From assembly GCA_900548385.1 (NCBI GenBank), contig URKJ01000005.1:67793-131792 (forward strand): a stretch of DNA of 64,000 nucleotides, in the 5' to 3' direction. Position 1 is the first letter of the stretch, and each line of letters opens with the position of its first letter. Both the position numbers and the translations under genes were made by a program. This DNA comes from an uncultured bacterium. Lineage in GTDB: Bacteria > Verrucomicrobiota > Lentisphaeria > Victivallales > UBA1829. The notes beneath the pieces are model-generated. The model was given only the letters and a program-made list of their open reading frames with translations, had not been told where the DNA came from and did no database searches. Positions 9,650 to 19,029 of the stretch are shown here, one piece after another.

Positions 9650-11011
9650 ATGGATGCGGTTACATCGTTTTGCGGACTCTGTCTGCTGCTGATTCTCGGA
9701 AAGATCCTGCGGATGTACATTCCGTTGTTTCAAAAACTGTATCTGCCGTCTTCTGTGATCGGCGGCGGGATCGGGCTTCTGCTTGTTTCTGTTTTCAGGG
9801 AGGAGATCCCGCAGAACTGGACCGCCGGCTGGGGACAGATTCCCTCGTTTCTGATTAATATCGTATTTGCCGGGCTTTTTCTCGGAGTCGCCACCCCCGG
9901 CCTGCGGAAAATCTGGAAAGTGACCGCCCCGCAGCTCTGTTACGGACAGATCGTCGCCTGGGGACAGTACATCGTCGGTGTACTTGTGGTGTTTCTGATT
10001 CTGGAACCGCTGTTTCATGTCGGCCCGGCGTTTGCGGCTCTGTTGGAAATGGGATTTGAAGGCGGGCACGGGACAGTTGCCGGGCTTGTGGATACGTTCA
10101 ACGAATTCGGCTGGACGCAGGGAAAAGACCTCGGATTTACTGTGGCGACGGTCGGCATGATCTCCGGCGTGGTTCTCGGCATGTGGCTGGTCAATCTTGC
10201 CGTCAAATACGGCTGGGTGAAGAACATCCGGCTGTTTGAGGATCAGAGTTCCCATGAACGCAAGGGGATTTATCCCAGTGACGAACAGCCTCCGGCGGGC
10301 AAACAGACCGTGGCATCGGATTCCATCGACTCGCTGGCGCTTCATGTGGCGATCATCGGACTTGCGGTGACGCTGGGGTATCTGATCCGCGAACTGCTGA
10401 TCATGGTCAACACCGTGATGCCTCGGAAAGTTCAGGATCTCCGCTTCCTTGCCAGTTTTCCGTTGTTTCCGCTCTGCATGATCGGCGGATTGATCCTGCA
10501 GAAGCTCTTTACGTTGCTGAGAATGGATTATCTGATCGACCACGGGCTGATGCAGCGTCTTGCCGGCACGTCGCTGGATTTCCTTGTCGTGGCTGCTGTG
10601 GTATCAATCCGTATTGAATTTGTTGCCGCAAACTGGATGCCGCTGACGATCCTGTGTGTGGCAGGAATCATTTGGAATGTTTCTCTGACCCTCTTTTTTG
10701 CTCCGCGCGTTTTTACGAATTCCTGGTTTGAACGTGCGATCGCCGAGTTCGGGCAGGCTTCCGGCGTCACGGCGACGGGGCTTCTGCTTCTGCGCACGGT
10801 CGATCCGGAAAACAAGACGGTTGCCGCAGAGGCGTTCGGTTACAAACAGCTTCTTCACGAGCCGTTCATGGGGGGCGGCATCTGGACGTCGCTTGCTGCT
10901 TCCCTGCTGCTGACGCAGGGCTTTACCGTGGTCTTTGTTACCAGCATTGTCATGATGGTTTTCTGGCTTCTTTTCTGGTTTTTCGTTCTCCGCAAAGGAG
11001 CATATATCTGA
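9650..11011 (+). CDS. gltS: Sodium/glutamate symporter family protein (GltS-like)
   Basis: The 453-aa polytopic protein has a GltS-like N-terminus (ILGKILRMYIPLFQKLYLPSSVIGGGIGLL) and a matching overall layout. Confidence 0.7.
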   Translation: MDAVTSFCGLCLLLILGKILRMYIPLFQKLYLPSSVIGGGIGLLLVSVFREEIPQNWTAGWGQIPSFLINIVFAGLFLGVATPGLRKIWKVTAPQLCYGQIVAWGQYIVGVLVVFLILEPLFHVGPAFAALLEMGFEGGHGTVAGLVDTFNEFGWTQGKDLGFTVATVGMISGVVLGMWLVNLAVKYGWVKNIRLFEDQSSHERKGIYPSDEQPPAGKQTVASDSIDSLALHVAIIGLAVTLGYLIRELLIMVNTVMPRKVQDLRFLASFPLFPLCMIGGLILQKLFTLLRMDYLIDHGLMQRLAGTSLDFLVVAAVVSIRIEFVAANWMPLTILCVAGIIWNVSLTLFFAPRVFTNSWFERAIAEFGQASGVTATGLLLLRTVDPENKTVAAEAFGYKQLLHEPFMGGGIWTSLAASLLLTQGFTVVFVTSIVMMVFWLLFWFFVLRKGAYI

Positions 11012-11031
11012 GCCGGGACAATCCGTTGCGG

Positions 11032-11055
11032 ATGTTAAAAGTGTAACATTTTTTA
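11032..11055 (+). terminator. AT-rich hairpin plus T-run after gltS
   Basis: ATGTTA-aaagtg-TAACAT is followed by TTTTTTAT. The stem is weak (6 bp, AT-rich), so it could instead be a regulator site. Confidence 0.3.
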
Positions 11056-11080
11056 TCGTAACAGGCAGCGTCTTCCCCTA

Positions 11081-11109
11081 TTGACATTTTCCGGGAAATA
11101 GAGTATAAT
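11081..11109 (+). promoter_or_regulatory. Consensus sigma70 promoter (TTGACA-N17-TATAAT) of the LacI/pseudopilin/GH operon
   Basis: Exact TTGACA at 11081-11086, a 17-nt spacer, then exact TATAAT at 11104-11109. This argues against the ORF-track start at 11108 and for ATG 11150. Confidence 0.6.
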
Positions 11110-11149
11110 GTATACCGGAAAACAAAGATATGGAAGGGCGTCAGCCGGT

Positions 11150-12145
11150 ATGGAACGGGTCAATTTCAGAAAAATTGCGGAAGAACTGAACATCAGTCAC
11201 ATGACGCTTTACCGCGTGATCAACAATGCGCAGGATGTGAAAGAATCCACCCGTGCGCGAGTGATTGATGCGCTCAACCGTCACGGTTATTACCGGAATG
11301 AGCGGAGCAAACCGAAGACCGTGATCATCGACGTCGACAGGTCCGGTCGTTCCGACTATATGCGTTCGCTTGTGGAAACGCTGACGGAACGGCTTTCCGT
11401 TCATGCGTTTCAATGCATTGAGACGAATCATGCCGAAAACCGCCGGCAGTTTCTTCTCGCCTGCCGTAATGCGGATGTTGCGGTTCTCGCTCCGATGAGG
11501 GACCGCACGGTTTATGACGAAGCGAAAGACATCAATCCCGATCTGTTCATTCTGAATCTTCAGGGCGATACCGTCGGCGACGTCGCGATTGCCAGCAACG
11601 ATTTTCTGGGCGGGGAACTTGCCGCGCGCCATCTTCATTCTTTCGGCCACGACCGCCATGTCGCCGTCATGCTGCCGGAAACTCAGGAGCAGCGCCACTC
11701 TTTCCGCAACCGTTACAAAGGATTCCTTTCGGAAATGCTTCTTCTTTCTCCGAAGTGCCGGATTGACATCCTGAAATATCCCCTGTTGGGGTCGTTACGG
11801 AGAAACAAGACTTTGGACACCTTTTTCTGCCGTAAAAAGCGTCCCGGCGCGCTCTTCTGCCCGGGAAGATTTTTTGCGGACAGAGTGGTCGAATACTGTC
11901 GTTGTCACGGGATTTCCATTCCGGGCGAACTTTCGCTGCTCGGATATGACAAACGGCCGTTCAACCAACCGGAACTGCCGGATTACGACCGTGTTGTTTT
12001 TGATCCGGAGCAGTTGGTGAACTGGGCAGAGTATTTCATCATGAACCGTCCGGTGATGAAATGCCGCTCCCCGGTACATCTTCTGCTGGATATGAAAATC
12101 GAATTTCATCAAACCGTAATATCAACAGGAGAAAAGAGAAAATGA
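11150..12145 (+). CDS. LacI-family transcriptional regulator
   Basis: An N-terminal HTH ([37 protein letters not shown]) is followed by a periplasmic-binding-protein-like sugar-sensor fold. The stop overlaps the next start as ATGA. Confidence 0.85.
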   Translation: MERVNFRKIAEELNISHMTLYRVINNAQDVKESTRARVIDALNRHGYYRNERSKPKTVIIDVDRSGRSDYMRSLVETLTERLSVHAFQCIETNHAENRRQFLLACRNADVAVLAPMRDRTVYDEAKDINPDLFILNLQGDTVGDVAIASNDFLGGELAARHLHSFGHDRHVAVMLPETQEQRHSFRNRYKGFLSEMLLLSPKCRIDILKYPLLGSLRRNKTLDTFFCRKKRPGALFCPGRFFADRVVEYCRCHGISIPGELSLLGYDKRPFNQPELPDYDRVVFDPEQLVNWAEYFIMNRPVMKCRSPVHLLLDMKIEFHQTVISTGEKRK

Positions 12146-12870
12146 GGAAAAACAACTTTAGTCTTATAGAACTTCTGGTCGTAATCTCGATTATTGCAAT
12201 CCTTGCGGGTCTTCTGTTGCCGGCTTTGAACTCGGCAAGGGAAAAAGCACGGCAGATTACCTGTGTTTCCAACATGAAACAGATCGGAACCGCTTATATC
12301 GGCTATCTGGATTCTCACGATATGCAGTCTCCCGATTCGGACGGGAATCATCACTATGTCAGCCAGGCGTATTACGGAGACAGCGCTTACCGGAGGAGCG
12401 TCAGCGAAAATCCGGGGGCGAAAAAGTTTTATAATCCCGTCGGTTTTCTGTATTGCCCCAATGCGCAGACCTTTCCCGGTTCCCTCCACAGTTCCAGCTA
12501 TGTGCTTTCCCAGGGATTGGATCGCAATACGCATCCTTACGGAGGGAGCTGGTATTACGATTCCGACTCAAAACCTGTTGCTAAGAAAATGTATAAAGTG
12601 CGTCCGGACAGTGTGATTTTTGTGGAGAAACGCATGTATCAGCTCTGGGCTGGCTGTGCCGGCGGTGAGCGCGGAATTGTGCTGCCGTATTATACCCGTC
12701 CCGGTACAGGTTACGTTCCCGGAATGTCTGTGGAGAGCTGGAGCAGTTGCGGCAAATATCCCGGCTGGGCAAATCATGGCGGCAACATTACGTCGTTTCT
12801 GTTTTTCGATGGACACGCGGAGCTGATTCGATTCGGAACATCGTTCAATGATGATTGGATTAAAAAATAA
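12142..12870 (+). CDS. Prepilin-type N-terminal cleavage/methylation-domain protein with a C-terminal H-x(9-10)-DGH motif (DUF1559 / H-X9-DG pseudopilin-like family)
   Basis: The N-terminus reads [37 protein letters not shown]. The C-terminus carries [20 protein letters not shown] moved the start from the ORF-track 12061 to ATG 12142. Confidence 0.85.
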   Translation: MRKNNFSLIELLVVISIIAILAGLLLPALNSAREKARQITCVSNMKQIGTAYIGYLDSHDMQSPDSDGNHHYVSQAYYGDSAYRRSVSENPGAKKFYNPVGFLYCPNAQTFPGSLHSSSYVLSQGLDRNTHPYGGSWYYDSDSKPVAKKMYKVRPDSVIFVEKRMYQLWAGCAGGERGIVLPYYTRPGTGYVPGMSVESWSSCGKYPGWANHGGNITSFLFFDGHAELIRFGTSFNDDWIKK

Positions 12871-12888
12871 CCAAAGGAGAAAATAAAG

Positions 12889-13818
12889 ATGAAAATGATC
12901 TTGTCAGCAGTGCTTTGCGCTTCCGTTCTGACGGTTTCCGCGGCGGAGACCGTTCTTAATGCCGGGTTTTCCGCGCAAAAATGGAGCAAGGCTTCCGAAT
13001 GGAATTTCACGAATGACTCCGCACAAGCGGTGCAGACACCGGGCAAATACCCCTGGCTTTCCACTGCGGTTCCGCTGGAAGCGGATGCGTTCTATGAATT
13101 GACGTTTGATTACAGGACTTCGGGCGCGAAAGATCCGGGGGATGCACTGCTTTGCCACTGTTCCGGCAACGATTTCCGGTTTCCGCCCGTGACCGGCTGG
13201 ACACAGGGAAAAGGGTATTTCCATAACGTGGAAAAAAAGAACGGAAAGCTGGTTTTCCGGCTCACGGGAAAATCCGCATACCGTCTGGAACTGCGCAACG
13301 TTATTTTGAAAAAACTTGCACCATCGGACCTGAAACGGATTCCCGTGGATTTTGAGAAAGACGGCGGTCCCATGCCTGCTTTTTTCAGGAAACATGACTG
13401 GAACGGTGTGACGGGATCGCTGGAAGTCGTTGAGGCGGAAGATCATATCAGCGGCGGGAAAGCCATGAAAGTCTCTTTGCGGGGCGGAGAGAAACGGAAC
13501 GCGGCGGTGTTTTCGCTGGTTCTTCCTTTGGAGCCGGAAAAAAAATACAGTCTCTCTTTCTGGGCGAAAGCCCGGACGCAGACTTCGCTCCGGTTTGGCA
13601 TTGACGGCTATATTCGCGGTTACCGTCACTGGTACCGGCAGCGGACCGTCTCTGTGGAGACCGGATGGCGGAAGTATGCGCTGGAGTTTTCCGGTCCGTC
13701 GCTTGCGGAGTTTCCCGGAATGGCAAAACGGACCGCGTATCTGAATTTCGGGCTAAGCGCACAGGAGGAAAATACTGTGCTGATCAAAGATATTGTACTG
13801 GAACAGAGAGGAAAGTGA
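12889..13818 (+). CDS. Secreted protein made of two CBM4/9/22-like beta-sandwich modules with no catalytic domain
   Basis: It has a signal peptide (MKMILSAVLCASVLTVSAAE) and an AAGGAGA Shine-Dalgarno site. Two internal halves each carry the W..F...Y.L.F..(K/R) pattern (FYELTFDYRTSG and YSLSFWAKART). Confidence 0.6.
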   Translation: MKMILSAVLCASVLTVSAAETVLNAGFSAQKWSKASEWNFTNDSAQAVQTPGKYPWLSTAVPLEADAFYELTFDYRTSGAKDPGDALLCHCSGNDFRFPPVTGWTQGKGYFHNVEKKNGKLVFRLTGKSAYRLELRNVILKKLAPSDLKRIPVDFEKDGGPMPAFFRKHDWNGVTGSLEVVEAEDHISGGKAMKVSLRGGEKRNAAVFSLVLPLEPEKKYSLSFWAKARTQTSLRFGIDGYIRGYRHWYRQRTVSVETGWRKYALEFSGPSLAEFPGMAKRTAYLNFGLSAQEENTVLIKDIVLEQRGK

Positions 13819-13823
13819 CAGTT

Positions 13824-16775
13824 ATGAACCGTCTTTTTCTAAGTTTGCTGATTGCGGGGGCTGTTCCGCTTTCCGGAGGAAATCTGCTGCATAATTCCAG
13901 TTTTGAACTGGGGATTTGCGGATGGCAGATCTGCAATTTCATTCCTTTGGAAAACAGAATTCTGACTTATCAGAAGCCGGAGTTTGACAAGAAATCAAAA
14001 ATTCACGGCAGTCAGAGTTTAAAATGTGTAAATCCCCGTGGGGAATGGATGCAGATGATCTCCCACGAGTTCCAGTTGCAGGATGGAAAGGAATACACGT
14101 TTTCCGCATGGATGAAAAGTGATCGTCCGCTTACGTTGAAAATGGATTTCTTTACCGTGACGCATAATCCGCCGGAAGTTCAGAACAAATGGTATTCCCG
14201 GTCGAAGAGTTTCCGGCTTTCCCCGGACTGGAAGCGATACAGCTTTACGATCCGCGGAGAGAAACCGCATCTGTATCCTTTTCTGCGTCTCAGCTGGAAC
14301 GGCGGGAGCGTCTGGTTTGATGCAATGCAGGTCAATCCGGGAAAGATCACGGATTATGCTCCGTCAGCCGGACTGGAATTTGCCGTCGAAGGCGCGGAAC
14401 GGTTTGCCGGAGTGGGAGAGGAAAGGCTTGTATTGAAAGGCGTCAACTACACGGACGCTCCGGCGGATGGCGTGTTCGGGATGGAATACCGGGACATCTA
14501 TTTTGATAAAGTTTTTGCTGCACGGAAATATCCGGTGAAGCTTGCCGCAAAAGGGAGTTTCAGAACCCGTCTTCGGGTTCCGTCCCGTTACGGCGTTTTC
14601 CGTGTGGCAGGAAACGTGAACTGCAAGGGAAAAGAGTATTCCGTCATCCCGTGGGATTTCGGCTGTGCGCCGGAGTTGTCCGCCGCACGGATTGATCCGG
14701 ACCGCTCTTTTGTTCTGGGGTACAGTTCCGCCGCGGGTGCGTTTCCGAATCCGGCGGGGAAGCGGGAGTACCGGGCTTTGGGTGTGGATTATGAGAAATA
14801 CTATAAAAACCTGCGCCGGCAGGGGATCCGGATCAACCGTCTGCATGACGACGGCGTTTTCGGTTGGGAGAACATTGAGCGGGAACCGGGAGTTTATGAC
14901 TGGCGTGTGTTGGACAATGTGATAGATACCGGGCTCAAATACGGAATTGAGACAATGCCCGTTCTGGGCGGAAGGGCAATGTTGGACAACGTAAACAGGA
15001 AAGATCTTGACCATTGGCATATCCGCAAAGGCAGTCGGAAGACCAGAGGCTTTCATTCCAGCTGCGGCTGGCTTCCACCGGAAAAAGCGTGGTCGGATTT
15101 CGTATACAATCTTGTCCGGCACTGCAAAGGCAGGGTCCGTTACTATGAGATTGTCAATGAACCGAACCTTTATATGACGCCGGAAGATTACACCCGTTAT
15201 CTGAAGCTGGCATACGAAGTGGCGAAGAAAGCGGATCCCGCCTGCCGGATCGTCGGGATTTGCAGTACGGGAGATCTTGGGGGACGTCTGGGTGATTTCA
15301 TAGAAGCCTGCGGAAAACTTGGAGCATTCCGCAGTTTGGACATTCTTTCGTTTCATCCTTACAGTGCGCAGTTGGACAGTTCTCCCACTCCTGCGGAGGT
15401 GCAGCTGCGGGAAATCCGGAAGATCGCGGATCAATACCGCATAGGTGTTCCCCAGTGGAATTCGGAGCTGTACTATATCAAGTCAAACGAAGAACATGGC
15501 AGGATCGGCAATTTGACTGACTGGATCCTTTCCGGGAGGTTTCCCGCCTGCAATACGCTCCGCCGGTATCTGATCGACCTCGGAGGCGGATTGAAAAGCT
15601 CCATCAGCCTGACAGCGGCACAGAGTCTCCACAACGATCTCCGCCCCCATTTCGGTTATTCGAATCACTGGGCGGTTGCCGAACAGATTCCCAGTTCCCA
15701 CTGTATTGTCGGCAATTCGTTCGCCCGGTTTCTGGAGGGGGCGGAACCGGTGCGTCAGCTGAAACTGCTGTCCGGGGTAAACGGATGGCTTTACAGGGAC
15801 CGATCCGGCGGTCAGGTGGCTGCGTTTTGGGCGAAAGACGATGACGGACGGTTCAAATTCCGGTTCGACGCCGCCGGAACGGAGCTTTACGACCTCTTCG
15901 GCAATCCGGTTCCTGCGCGGTCCTGGATTCCATTGACTGCCAATCCTTATTACCTGACAGGGAAAGATCTTTCCCCCGCACTGGCTTCCCTGACGATTGT
16001 TCCCGAGCGGCTCTATACGGTGACGGGAGTTCATTCCATCGTTCAAAACGGTCGTCCGGTGCTGGCGGTTGAATTGAGAAACAACTCCGCAGCTTCCCTG
16101 CCTCTTTCTGTCCGGATTATGGGGGGAAAGACGTTCCGGAGCGTTACCCTGAAAGGCGAGGAGGCGCGCACGCTCTTCTTCCCTGCGGTCAGCGCTGAGA
16201 CGGAGCCTGTCACTGTCCTTGTTTCCGCAGGCGAGACGGTGGAATCGTACAGAATCCGTCCGGTTTGCCGGAAAACGGTCGGGAATGGAGAAACGGTTTC
16301 GATGAACGGATACCGTTTCCGGATAAATTCGGATGCCGCCGGGCTGACGGTTTCCGTGGAAGTTCGGGATTCCGTTCGGGGAGAACGGCGGAACGGCGCC
16401 CCATGGGAAGGGGACTGCGTCGAGCTGTTTTTTGACGGCTGCCCGTGGGAACGGCTGGACCGTAATTCCTATACGGATGACGTGGTCCGCCTGTTTCTTG
16501 CTCCGGGCTCCTCCAATGGACTGCCGGAACTGTTTTCCGCCAGCCGTAATTTCAGAACGGAAACATGCAAATATGAGATCCGCGAAACGAAGACGTCCTA
16601 TTCCGTCACGGTTACAATTCCGTGGAGTTCTCTGAATCGGTCTGCACCGGAACCCGTCGGTTTCGATATTATTGTAAACAACTCAAACGGAAAGAAACGG
16701 GATTCCGCTGAACCCTGGGCAGGGAATGAATATAATTGGCGGGACCGTTTCAATTTCGGGATTTATATGCCCTGA
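13824..16775 (+). CDS. Secreted multidomain glycoside hydrolase: N-terminal CBM-like module, clan GH-A TIM barrel, and C-terminal CBM9/DOMON-like module
   Basis: The start is ATG 13824, which opens a signal peptide (MNRLFLSLLIAGAVPLSG). NSSFELG marks the CBM start. WENIEREPGVYDW and the YYEIVNEPN acid/base motif mark the barrel. The C-terminus has GDCVELFFD. The GH family is not assignable by eye. Confidence 0.75.
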   Translation: MNRLFLSLLIAGAVPLSGGNLLHNSSFELGICGWQICNFIPLENRILTYQKPEFDKKSKIHGSQSLKCVNPRGEWMQMISHEFQLQDGKEYTFSAWMKSDRPLTLKMDFFTVTHNPPEVQNKWYSRSKSFRLSPDWKRYSFTIRGEKPHLYPFLRLSWNGGSVWFDAMQVNPGKITDYAPSAGLEFAVEGAERFAGVGEERLVLKGVNYTDAPADGVFGMEYRDIYFDKVFAARKYPVKLAAKGSFRTRLRVPSRYGVFRVAGNVNCKGKEYSVIPWDFGCAPELSAARIDPDRSFVLGYSSAAGAFPNPAGKREYRALGVDYEKYYKNLRRQGIRINRLHDDGVFGWENIEREPGVYDWRVLDNVIDTGLKYGIETMPVLGGRAMLDNVNRKDLDHWHIRKGSRKTRGFHSSCGWLPPEKAWSDFVYNLVRHCKGRVRYYEIVNEPNLYMTPEDYTRYLKLAYEVAKKADPACRIVGICSTGDLGGRLGDFIEACGKLGAFRSLDILSFHPYSAQLDSSPTPAEVQLREIRKIADQYRIGVPQWNSELYYIKSNEEHGRIGNLTDWILSGRFPACNTLRRYLIDLGGGLKSSISLTAAQSLHNDLRPHFGYSNHWAVAEQIPSSHCIVGNSFARFLEGAEPVRQLKLLSGVNGWLYRDRSGGQVAAFWAKDDDGRFKFRFDAAGTELYDLFGNPVPARSWIPLTANPYYLTGKDLSPALASLTIVPERLYTVTGVHSIVQNGRPVLAVELRNNSAASLPLSVRIMGGKTFRSVTLKGEEARTLFFPAVSAETEPVTVLVSAGETVESYRIRPVCRKTVGNGETVSMNGYRFRINSDAAGLTVSVEVRDSVRGERRNGAPWEGDCVELFFDGCPWERLDRNSYTDDVVRLFLAPGSSNGLPELFSASRNFRTETCKYEIRETKTSYSVTVTIPWSSLNRSAPEPVGFDIIVNNSNGKKRDSAEPWAGNEYNWRDRFNFGIYMP

Positions 16776-16790
16776 CTACGAGGAAGCTGT

Positions 16791-17708
16791 ATGAAAAGCA
16801 TTTTCAAACGTTATTCGAAAAATCCGATCCTCCGCCCGGAGGATATGCCGTCCGACTGTTTTGCCGTGTACAACGGCGGCGTGGTGAAAACGCATGGCGG
16901 ATACATCGCGCTGGTTCGCACGGAAGATTCCGTCCGTTATCAGCGCGTCTGGTGTGCGCGCAGTTCGGACGGATACCGTTTCTCCCCTGATCCGGAGCCG
17001 GTACGCTTTATCGCCGATGATATGGAGCAATACCGGAAATATACCGCCGATTCTTTTTTTGATCCGCGGATTAATCCGGTGGAAGGGAAATTTTATATTA
17101 CATATGCGGCGTATACGTTCCGTTACGGCTGCCGGATCGGGATCGGGGAAACGGAGGATTTCCGGACGGTCCGGCATATCTCGTTTCCGCATCATGTGCA
17201 GAACCGCAATGCGGTGCTGTTTCCGGAAAAGATCAATGACATGTATGTGATGCTGCACCGTCCCGAAACCGGCGGAATCGGCAATCTTTGGATTTCCCGC
17301 TCTCCCGATCTGCGGTTCTGGGGCGATTGTGAAGTCGTTGCCGATCGTGGAAGCGGACGTTGGGACAGTATCAAAATCGGGGCCGGAACTCCGCCGCTCA
17401 AAACGTCCCGCGGCTGGCTTGTCGTGACTCATGCGGTCGATTCCAACTGTTCCGGACAGTTCTATACGGTCGGAGCGGTTCTGCTGGATCTTCAGGAGCC
17501 GTCGAAACTTGTTGCCCGTTCCCGGATGTTGATGTGTCCGGAAATGCCGTATGAGACAAACGGTTTTGCGCCGAATGTGGTTTTTCCCTGCGGAGCGGTT
17601 CCGGAGCCGGACGGATCACTCAAGCTCTATTACGGAGCGGCGGACAATTTTGAGTGTCTTGCTGAAACGACCGTTCAGGCTCTGCTGGATGAATGTCATC
17701 CGGTCTGA
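16791..17708 (+). CDS. GH130-family glycoside phosphorylase/hydrolase (beta-mannoside-acting family)
   Basis: The 305-aa protein has no signal peptide. GH130-like motifs are KRYSKNPILRPEDMP, NGGVVKTHGGY, RNAVLFPEKI and KLYYGAADN. Confidence 0.8.
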   Translation: MKSIFKRYSKNPILRPEDMPSDCFAVYNGGVVKTHGGYIALVRTEDSVRYQRVWCARSSDGYRFSPDPEPVRFIADDMEQYRKYTADSFFDPRINPVEGKFYITYAAYTFRYGCRIGIGETEDFRTVRHISFPHHVQNRNAVLFPEKINDMYVMLHRPETGGIGNLWISRSPDLRFWGDCEVVADRGSGRWDSIKIGAGTPPLKTSRGWLVVTHAVDSNCSGQFYTVGAVLLDLQEPSKLVARSRMLMCPEMPYETNGFAPNVVFPCGAVPEPDGSLKLYYGAADNFECLAETTVQALLDECHPV

Positions 17709-17769
17709 TGGTATTCCGCCCTGTTTGAACTCGTTTCAGCGATATTCCTGCAACAAAGGGACACGAGAA

Positions 17770-19029
17770 TCAAGTGTCTGCGCGGTCCGGCTTTTTCCGG
17801 ATCAGGGCGGCGAATGCGCCGTCGTGCTTCCGGGCGGGGGCAAGAAGACGTTGCGAGACCAGTTCACAGCCGGGGTGTCCGGCAAGAAAGGCGTCGATTT
17901 GCAGCCGGTCTTCTTCCGGTTCAATGCTGCAGGTGGAATACAGCAGATGACCGCCCGGACGGACAAGCCGGATTTGTGCGTTCAGTATCTGTTTCTGAAG
18001 CTCTGCGATTTCCATCAGGCGTCTGGGGCAGAACCGCCAGAGCGCATCGGGCCGACGGCGGGGGACTCCGGTATTGGAGCAGGGAACGTCCAGAAAAACA
18101 AGGTCGAAACTTTCGGCATCGAACGGGGGACGGACCGCATCCGCCTCCACAACCCGGACTGTATTCAGTCCGAGCCGTTCAAAGTTGGTTTTCATCGGTT
18201 TGAGCCGCGCGGCGGAGCGGTCGGCGGCTGTGAACTCCGCGTTTCCGCCGCATGCGTCGTACAACATTACCGTTTTGCCTCCGGGGGCGGCGCAACTGTC
18301 GAGAACGCGTCCGCGCAGGACCGGACGGCAGAGAGAAACGCTCATCGCGGTTGCGGGATCCTGAATGTAAAGTCCGCCGTCATGAAAAGCGGCGGAAGCG
18401 AACAGCGCATCCGGCTCCGGGCACTCGAAAAAGCGGAAATCTCCGGCAAAATCCAGTTCAACAGGAAGGCTGTTCGCCAGTTCTCCGGGGAGCTCGCCGT
18501 GCCGCAGACGGAACGTCAGAGGCGGATTGACGGAACAGGCGTCGATTGCGGCGTTTGCTTCCGCTTCTCCGAGCTCCGCTGTCCACCGGGACCGCATGGA
18601 GGCGGGAAACGACGGCGGAAACGGACCTTTCCCCGCCGCGCGCAGGGAGTTCCGCAGGATCGCGTTCATGAAGCCTGCCGCCATGCGGTGCTTTTTCGAG
18701 TGTTTCACAACGTCCACCGCGATGTTGACGGCGGATTCTCCCGCGATCGCCGATTGGAACAGCGCCTGGGTCAATGCGCAGAGCGCGATCATTTTCAGTT
18801 CCGGTTTGATTCCGCGGGAAACGGCGTTTGACAGCAGGGTGTCGACAAGCTCCTTATGGCGGAAATATTCAAACAGGATCGACGTTGCGGAACGTGCGAT
18901 CTCCGGTTCGGCGGCGCGGAGACGTTCCACGCAGTCGTCAAGCGTGAACGAGCCGCTGTGCCAGTCGCGCAATGCGGACGCGGCGGCGGTGAGAATCTTT
19001 TCCGAACAGCCGGTTCCGGTGTGTTTCAT
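17770..19029 (-). CDS. rsmB: 16S rRNA (cytosine967-C5)-methyltransferase RsmB/Sun
   Basis: An NusB-like N-domain is followed by an SAM motif (VLDSCAAPGGKT), DVPCSNTGV and the catalytic YSTCS. The start overlaps the lnt stop as ATGA. Confidence 0.88.
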   Translation of the reverse strand: MKHTGTGCSEKILTAAASALRDWHSGSFTLDDCVERLRAAEPEIARSATSILFEYFRHKELVDTLLSNAVSRGIKPELKMIALCALTQALFQSAIAGESAVNIAVDVVKHSKKHRMAAGFMNAILRNSLRAAGKGPFPPSFPASMRSRWTAELGEAEANAAIDACSVNPPLTFRLRHGELPGELANSLPVELDFAGDFRFFECPEPDALFASAAFHDGGLYIQDPATAMSVSLCRPVLRGRVLDSCAAPGGKTVMLYDACGGNAEFTAADRSAARLKPMKTNFERLGLNTVRVVEADAVRPPFDAESFDLVFLDVPCSNTGVPRRRPDALWRFCPRRLMEIAELQKQILNAQIRLVRPGGHLLYSTCSIEPEEDRLQIDAFLAGHPGCELVSQRLLAPARKHDGAFAALIRKKPDRADT

